DNA from: a virus
Taxonomy: Duplodnaviria; Caudoviricetes
DNA: 61,535 bases
IMG/VR virus record: IMGVR_UViG_3300035182_000178
Span: 1 to 61,535 of that record
Strand: one strand, 5' to 3'
Both the position numbers and the translations under genes were made by a program. The notes beneath the pieces are model-generated. The model was not told the origin of the DNA. It did no database searches and was given only the letters and a program-made list of their open reading frames with translations. Below, one piece after another: positions 56,347 to 61,535 of this stretch. The first letter of the stretch is position 1, and each line of letters starts with the position of its first letter.

Positions 56347-57681
56347 TTATCTCACGCTATGAAGGAATTCCGGCGGAAACGGGAAATCCTCAAAGAATGG
56401 GGTTGTTCGTTTGGAAGCATCGGAAGCGTGCTGAAGCGGAAGGGTTAGACGCTCAGCGACCTGATCAGCTTGTGCTTCGCCAGCATTGGCTCGGTATAGG
56501 GTGTAAAGATCGGCCACCTGCTCCTGAGAGAGACCCTTCATTGGATTATCTTGTCCGAAGCCTTTGGCGCTGGTCTTGACTTCGTATGGCGCGGCGTATG
56601 AAATACCCTTATCCAAAAGACCCTGTAGTGTGTCTCGTTTTTCCATGCTACGCATGATACGATTGGCGAAATCCGTATTGATCTGAGACAATTCCATCAT
56701 ATCGACAGGGTCTTCTTTGTGCGCATTCTGAATAATTCGCTGAATCCCTCGCCAATTGTCCTTACTCATACCGAGTTCGCCGTAAGTACGAAGCAGTTCC
56801 AACGGGTCTTTACCCTCAGAAAGATCGCGATAAACACCGGCTTTCATTAGGTACTTTTCAAACTGCGAGTCAATATTCTTGTCGTGGAGAATATCGCGCA
56901 TATATTCAGGCGTGGTGCCCCCGATCGCACCTTCAGCACCTTGTCCTAGATGGGTCAACTCGTGCGCCATCGCAGAGCGAACCCGTTGATCCGCCGCCAT
57001 TGGGTACTGACGGAAAAATTCTTGGTGCTCAGGTTTCAGGTGACCGACACCGTATCCGAGACCCATTTCATTCGCGCTGCGGGCGTAGAAACCTGTGCCG
57101 AGCGGTTCTGTCAGAGAATTTTCAAGTCGCGTGGCTGCGAGTTCAGGTTCATACGCCTTGAAAAATTTGTCAGGAATACGCCACTGATCCAAGAGAGGAA
57201 CGGGTTTCCCCCATTGCGTATTGCCTTTGCGCGGAAGCAGGTCTGCATCACCGACCTCGAACCAAGGTTTCCCATCAAATCCAGTATGGACGCGCAAGTC
57301 GCCTGAGTTGTGTTGATTGCGGTACTCTTGACCTGCTCGCTTGGCTTGAGAAGCGAACTCATGCTCCTTAGACAACGCGTCCAGGATCATGTTACTACCA
57401 ATTCGTTCTGCACCACGCATACCGACTAACACACCGAGCGCACCGCCGCCGAGTGCCTTGGTTCCAGCCAACTTGGACAATACACCCACGACTTTACTCG
57501 GGACACCTGTGCCGATAAGATCATCGGGAGACACCATCGGTTGCTCAAGCGCGTGACCACCTTTGCGCTCATAGTCAGACTGCCAAGTTTCTGACGGACG
57601 CGACATAACACTATCCCGCATTGGGTCATTGCGGTCTTTTGTGCGTCGTTGCGACCGAACATAGTCTTCAAGTGCGCCCAT
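56347..57681 (-). CDS. polyvalent-type protein with LPD23-like region and zincin metallopeptidase motif
   Basis: GFDGKPWFEVGD, FFKAYEPEL, AHELTHLGQGAEG (HExxH), YRANAGEAQA. Confidence 0.65.
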   Translation of the reverse strand: MGALEDYVRSQRRTKDRNDPMRDSVMSRPSETWQSDYERKGGHALEQPMVSPDDLIGTGVPSKVVGVLSKLAGTKALGGGALGVLVGMRGAERIGSNMILDALSKEHEFASQAKRAGQEYRNQHNSGDLRVHTGFDGKPWFEVGDADLLPRKGNTQWGKPVPLLDQWRIPDKFFKAYEPELAATRLENSLTEPLGTGFYARSANEMGLGYGVGHLKPEHQEFFRQYPMAADQRVRSAMAHELTHLGQGAEGAIGGTTPEYMRDILHDKNIDSQFEKYLMKAGVYRDLSEGKDPLELLRTYGELGMSKDNWRGIQRIIQNAHKEDPVDMMELSQINTDFANRIMRSMEKRDTLQGLLDKGISYAAPYEVKTSAKGFGQDNPMKGLSQEQVADLYTLYRANAGEAQADQVAERLTLPLQHASDASKRTTPFFEDFPFPPEFLHSVR

Positions 57682-57699
57682 TTTCTAAGCTCAAGTGGG

Positions 57700-57727
57700 T
57701 TAGGTGTAGGCCGCAGCCTACACCTAA
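57700..57727. terminator. 12-bp stem hairpin after terL
   Basis: TTAGGTGTAGGC-CGCA-GCCTACACCTAA; T tract only on the plus strand. Confidence 0.5.
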
Positions 57728-57736
57728 TTTTTGAGT

Positions 57737-59239
57737 TTAGCAAGCGTAAGGGTTATGCCTCGTCCGAGGCGTATCGGCATACTCTTCGTCGTACTCAACA
57801 GGGTCAACAGAAAGAAATGACTGATCCCGAAGCAGAGCCAGTGTCTGTGTGAATGCATCGACTTGGTCATCGTGCAAACTATTCGGAAACATGCAGATTT
57901 CCGAAATAAATTCCGTCGCCCAAGTGCGAAACTCCCCCGGCACCTTCGTAGATTCCGGGATATAACAACGTTCATTCGCCACCAAATGCGAAACTGCATG
58001 AAGCCGTTGAATCTTATCCATCTTACCGGGGTTGTAAGACCGCACTGGAAGACCAGCTCGTCCCAAATCCTGGAGCAATGTGATGCCAGAACCCTTTTCT
58101 TCAATTAGAATCAGGTCGGCTGGCTGACCTTTGTCAAAGGGATCATTTGGATTACCGCCGTACCGAGTTGTTTTGAACTCATGCGTCACTTTTTCCCGCA
58201 AATCCGGATACTTGAGGTGATCAGTCCAACAATCGAGCAGCATCACACAGAAAGGTGAGTCAGATGTTGGTCTGAAAACGCCCCAAGTCTGGTGAGCAGT
58301 GGGATCGTTGTGTGTTTTTTCCGTGAAAGCCGTATCGTAAGACTGAATAATATAGTCAAAACGAGGCAATTCCTTGTTCGCAGGCCAAAGTTTGAACCAA
58401 GAACGCTTCACAATCCCCTGTTCTTCCAAGTTAAGTACTTCAGCGTGAATTTCTTGTCGTCCAAGGAGGGTTCCTTCATATTGAACGAGTTGTTGGAAGA
58501 AGGTGCCGGCCAGATTTGTCCTGTTTTCGTAGCTGGAACCCGTGGTCAACAAGATTCGACCTTCTATCGGTTTCCCTTTTTCCATGTCATTGATCTGTTG
58601 TTTGATCTTTTTGATGAATTCTTGGACCAACGGGACAGGTTTGGGTGTGGTTGTCACGATCACTTGCGGGTTGTGACCGAGTCGTAGACCGAACATCGCC
58701 ATGTCCCATGCACGTTGCATGATTTCAGGGCTACTAAAGCCAGCAAGTTCATCCAACCAGAGTGCATCGTGCTGTGGTCCACGGAGTCGCTCTGGCTCTT
58801 CTCCTGAGTACAATGACGCGATTGCTCCGTTTGACCAAGTGATTCTTCGCTTCGTCGGTTCGTAGATTGGCCGGTTCCATGGCGGAAACACATTGATAAT
58901 ACCAGACTCGCCTTCAACAATAACGTCTCGGAGGTCGGCCGTTGTCGGTGAAATGATGCCAATACGCTTCTTCCCACACTTCTCCACCCAGTGTCGAACT
59001 TTCTCGGCCCCAGTGCGAGTTTTGCCGAACCCTCGTCCAGCAAGAATTAACCAAAGGAACCAGTTCTGGTTTTCGATTCCCTCTAGCTGTTTGGGTCGTC
59101 CGTTAAACTCCCAGTCGTAGAGCAAGGCTTCCGCTTCTTGGTCTGTCAACTTTTGCAAGAACTCTATGCGAGCTTCTTCTGGGAGAAGATTTAGTCGCTC
59201 TTTCTTGGACAAGAGCTTGGTGTCTGGTTTATCACTCAT
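57737..59239 (-). CDS. terL: terminase large subunit
   Basis: LAGRGFGKT, RLRGPQ, WLDE, VTTTP, SYDTA, HDDQVDAFTQ. Confidence 0.95.
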   Translation of the reverse strand: MSDKPDTKLLSKKERLNLLPEEARIEFLQKLTDQEAEALLYDWEFNGRPKQLEGIENQNWFLWLILAGRGFGKTRTGAEKVRHWVEKCGKKRIGIISPTTADLRDVIVEGESGIINVFPPWNRPIYEPTKRRITWSNGAIASLYSGEEPERLRGPQHDALWLDELAGFSSPEIMQRAWDMAMFGLRLGHNPQVIVTTTPKPVPLVQEFIKKIKQQINDMEKGKPIEGRILLTTGSSYENRTNLAGTFFQQLVQYEGTLLGRQEIHAEVLNLEEQGIVKRSWFKLWPANKELPRFDYIIQSYDTAFTEKTHNDPTAHQTWGVFRPTSDSPFCVMLLDCWTDHLKYPDLREKVTHEFKTTRYGGNPNDPFDKGQPADLILIEEKGSGITLLQDLGRAGLPVRSYNPGKMDKIQRLHAVSHLVANERCYIPESTKVPGEFRTWATEFISEICMFPNSLHDDQVDAFTQTLALLRDQSFLSVDPVEYDEEYADTPRTRHNPYAC

Positions 59240-59436
59240 GGGTCGTCACCCTTGGTTGGTTAGGAGCACACAGTGTAGCACGGGTTGGAGTAGGAAACTT
59301 GGTTGGTTGAGGGGAGTATGTAAATGGCATATGTAAATTTTTTGAACATTCAAAAATTTCGACTGCGGGTGAGTGGGCAGGGAGGCCGATGCACTCATCC
59401 AAATGGGGGTCTCTCGGTCATCAATCGACGAAGAAC

Positions 59437-59628
59437 GTTGTCCCGTTGTCCCGTTGTCCCGTTGTCCCGTTGTCCCGTTGCCCCGTTGTCCCGTTGCCCC
59501 GTTGCCCCGTTGCCCCGTTGTCCCGTTGCCCCGTTGTCCCGTTGCCCCGTTGTCCCGTTGCCCCGTTGTCCCGTTGTCCCGTTGTCCCGTTGCCCCGTTG
59601 CCCCGTTGCCCCGTTGCCCCGTTGCCCC
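59437..59628. repeat. 24 tandem copies of GTTG(T/C)CCC
   Basis: Counted directly: 192 bp of uninterrupted 8-mers with only one variable position. Confidence 0.95.
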
Positions 59629-59736
59629 ACGATCCGAGGTCAAGCGCCTGTCTCCGTTGTATGCATATGCACGGGAGGCATTAGCTAAACTTATGGGGCA
59701 ATAAAAATATTTATGGTACAGGTCACAAAAAAAGTA

Positions 59737-59764
59737 TTGCCACGGAAGGAAAGTGTGCTATAGT
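59737..59764 (+). promoter_or_regulatory. sigma70-type promoter with UP-element-like A tract
   Basis: AAAAAAAG-TA-TTGCCA-16 bp-TATAGT with TG extended -10. Confidence 0.65.
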
Positions 59765-59822
59765 TCAGTCATGGTCAGCGCAGTGCTGGCCTCTCAACCA
59801 TACAGTCATAAGGAGCAAGACC

Positions 59823-60437
59823 ATGAAAGCCACTCTTAAGAATCTGCATGTTACCCGTGACCTGCTACTGTCTGCTGACTTCACTCGCGATATGCTACTG
59901 GAATTGTCCGTCGGCACTGGCGCATACACCATACAAGGTGCCACCCAAATGGCCGACGCCAAGATGAGCAGGCCGAGCAAGATCCTTGCCGGTCTGGACT
60001 ACCCGAAGCTGCGCACTGCCTTGATCCAGAAGTTCGAGGTGATGTACCCCGACTTCACCGAGAAAGGTTTCATGTACAATGAGCAGAATGTTGAAGAAGA
60101 CCTGGACATCGGGAAGGCTGGTGCCAACAACAAGCGCAAGTCTGGCGGTCGTGCCAGCTCTCTAAAAGGTGAGTATGAGGTTGTAAAGAAGTCCGGCAAT
60201 GCCGAGTCGGACGAAGGCAAGTGGGCTATTTGGCAACACGTCTGGGCGTGCAAGTCGTTCGAAGAATTCTTCGCCGTGGCACCTGTCAAGAGCATCACGA
60301 AAACTGGCCGCGTTATTACCGCCAGTAGCGAGATTCAGTGGGCGCTCAAGTCAGGTTGGATCAAACCGAAGGCCGCCGAACAACAGGCCGCCGAACAACA
60401 GGCCGCCGAACAACAGGGCGAGGACAGCGCCCAGTAA
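59823..60437 (+). CDS. putative DNA-binding protein, paralogue of 6072-6560, antisense to the virion operon
   Basis: AAGGAG RBS; GEYEVVK...SFEEFF...WALKSGWI; 3x GCCGCCGAACAACAG (AAEQQ) tail. Confidence 0.75.
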   Translation: MKATLKNLHVTRDLLLSADFTRDMLLELSVGTGAYTIQGATQMADAKMSRPSKILAGLDYPKLRTALIQKFEVMYPDFTEKGFMYNEQNVEEDLDIGKAGANNKRKSGGRASSLKGEYEVVKKSGNAESDEGKWAIWQHVWACKSFEEFFAVAPVKSITKTGRVITASSEIQWALKSGWIKPKAAEQQAAEQQAAEQQGEDSAQ

Positions 60438-60459
60438 CCCAGAACCAACCCACCACGCC

Positions 60460-60487
60460 AAAGGCCTCCCAGCTGGGAGGCCTTTTT
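60460..60487 (+). terminator. intrinsic terminator
   Basis: AAAGGCCTCCC-AGCT-GGGAGGCCTTTTT. Confidence 0.85.
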
Positions 60488-60501
60488 GCATTTGAGGGAC
60501 A

Positions 60502-60600
60502 GGCTTGCGTGGCGGAGCCATAGGCGCTCGTAGCAGCTTTGCCGCTACGCTGGTACTAGCTGGCGTATATTGGCGCCTTGGCGGCTCCGCCACGCAAGCC
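60502..60600. repeat. 18-bp perfect inverted repeat with a structured spacer
   Basis: GGCTTGCGTGGCGGAGCC (60502-60519) / GGCTCCGCCACGCAAGCC (60583-60600). Confidence 0.85.
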
Positions 60601-60633
60601 ACAGAGGTATTGCTATACGGTGCAGCCCGCACC

Positions 60634-60665
60634 AAAAACAAAAGGCCAGCATTATGCTGGCCTTT
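60634..60665 (-). terminator. terminator downstream of terS
   Basis: Minus strand AAAGGCCAGC-ATAAT-GCTGGCCTTTTGTTTTT. Confidence 0.75.
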
Positions 60666-60682
60666 GTCCGTGCAGAGTTCGC

Positions 60683-61165
60683 CTAAGGCAGTGGCGTACC
60701 CAGCGCCTGAGCAAGTTTATCACGGGCAGACACCACTTCCACCGGGCCACCGTCCTTGCCGGTGAGTTCTATGCCACTCGTTTCCTTCCACCCAGCCTGC
60801 GACTTGAGCCAGAACTTAGTCATGTCTGGGAATCGGCCCGAGGACGCCATTTCAAGCGCCTTACGGGCGACAACAAGGTTGCTGATCTTACCGGCAACTG
60901 ACAGTTCACGCGAATAGAATTGCTTGAGCAGTTTCTGGTCGATGTTGAGCACGAGGGCTATCTCGTCTGGCTTCAGGCCAAGCGCCGCCATAACACTGAC
61001 TTCACGCGACTGAGCAATAGAGAGGTTAAATCCAGGAGATCCACGCTCAGGTTTCGTGCTGATGCCGATCTCTTTCAGTTGCTGAGCGTACAGATCATCC
61101 AGACGTTTCTTCGTGGCCTCAGGAGAGTCAATCTCCGGCAGATTCAAGTCTTCCCAATTAAACAT
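60683..61165 (-). CDS. terS: terminase small subunit
   Basis: HTH-like MAALGLKPDEIALVLNI..LLKQFYSREL, FWLKSQAGWKE, ELTGKDGGPVE; GGAG RBS before ATG 61165. Confidence 0.8.
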   Translation of the reverse strand: MFNWEDLNLPEIDSPEATKKRLDDLYAQQLKEIGISTKPERGSPGFNLSIAQSREVSVMAALGLKPDEIALVLNIDQKLLKQFYSRELSVAGKISNLVVARKALEMASSGRFPDMTKFWLKSQAGWKETSGIELTGKDGGPVEVVSARDKLAQALGTPLP

Positions 61166-61238
61166 AATCGGCTCCAATCACCAATCAAATCAATATACAC
61201 ATACTACCATTCAACAATCAAAAAAAGCAAGATTCACG

Positions 61239-61505
61239 CGCACGCGCCAATGAACAGTTATCAAAAAATAGTTTTGAACCTCGTAAAAAAAGACCTGCTA
61301 TTCACTAGCAGCACAATACTATCCAAAATAAACACCAGATACCCTTACACAGCAATAACTTACAGCATAGTTCCCTGTTATAGCAGGTCGCCAATTTTTT
61401 AAAAAAAATTTTTTTTGTTTTTTCGAGCGTATATAGCTGCTAGTGCTGCTATGTAATTGTATCCAAAGGTAAAAAAACCTAATGGGTATCTGCTTGGCTA
61501 GCACT
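61239..61505 (-). repeat. long-range inverted repeat, copy 2
   Basis: 61401-61454, 61483-61494 and 61239-61250 are reverse complements of blocks in 24995-25216. Confidence 0.9.
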
Positions 61506-61535
61506 AGTTTGTAGCCACATTGCATAAATTTTTTA

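Noticed and set aside
59437-59628. CRISPR array, or the repetitive ORFs (RCPVVPLS / GQRGNGAT) over the octamer array
   Set aside because: No spacers; pure 8-bp tandem units leave every frame open, with no RBS support
1-61535. Prophage or temperate lifestyle; terminal direct repeat at the window ends
   Set aside because: No integrase, repressor, partition genes or flanking host genes; the two ends share no visible sequence

Overview
The window looks like an essentially complete ~61.5 kb lytic, podovirus-like dsDNA phage genome. No integrase or repressor is recognisable. The host is probably a proteobacterium (sigma70-type promoters, a Bordetella-phage-like Mtd receptor-binding domain). Layout: (i) 75-6560, rightward early genes, mostly small unknowns plus DUF932; (ii) 24824 down to 6633, a leftward replication/DNA-modification operon (SNF2 helicase, DEDD exonuclease, SSB-like protein, tRNA-Thr, Cas4-like nuclease, AEP primase, UvrD-like helicase, family A polymerase, VRR-NUC) meeting the early genes at a bidirectional terminator; (iii) 61165 down to 25273, leftward packaging, lysis, capsid, tail and ejection genes. 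Best candidate for an undescribed system: a thymidine hypermodification pathway combining a dUMP hydroxymethylase, nucleotide-pool enzymes and a 5-hmdU DNA kinase-family protein with a T4 beta-glucosyltransferase homologue whose gene overlaps an atypical CX13CX2C radical SAM/SPASM gene. No amino acid:DNA transferase is recognisable, which points to a base J-like glycosylated 5-hmU that may be further tailored. Other notable structure: a long-range inverted repeat pair (~25.0 and ~61.4 kb) bracketing the virion module, a 24x8-bp G-rich array and an insulated cassette splitting terS from terL, an orphan Mtd domain that keeps its DGR IMH-like end with no RT/TR present, a recurrent CATACAG leader motif and several structured RNA leaders. 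All protein calls come from motifs recognised by eye; no database search was run.
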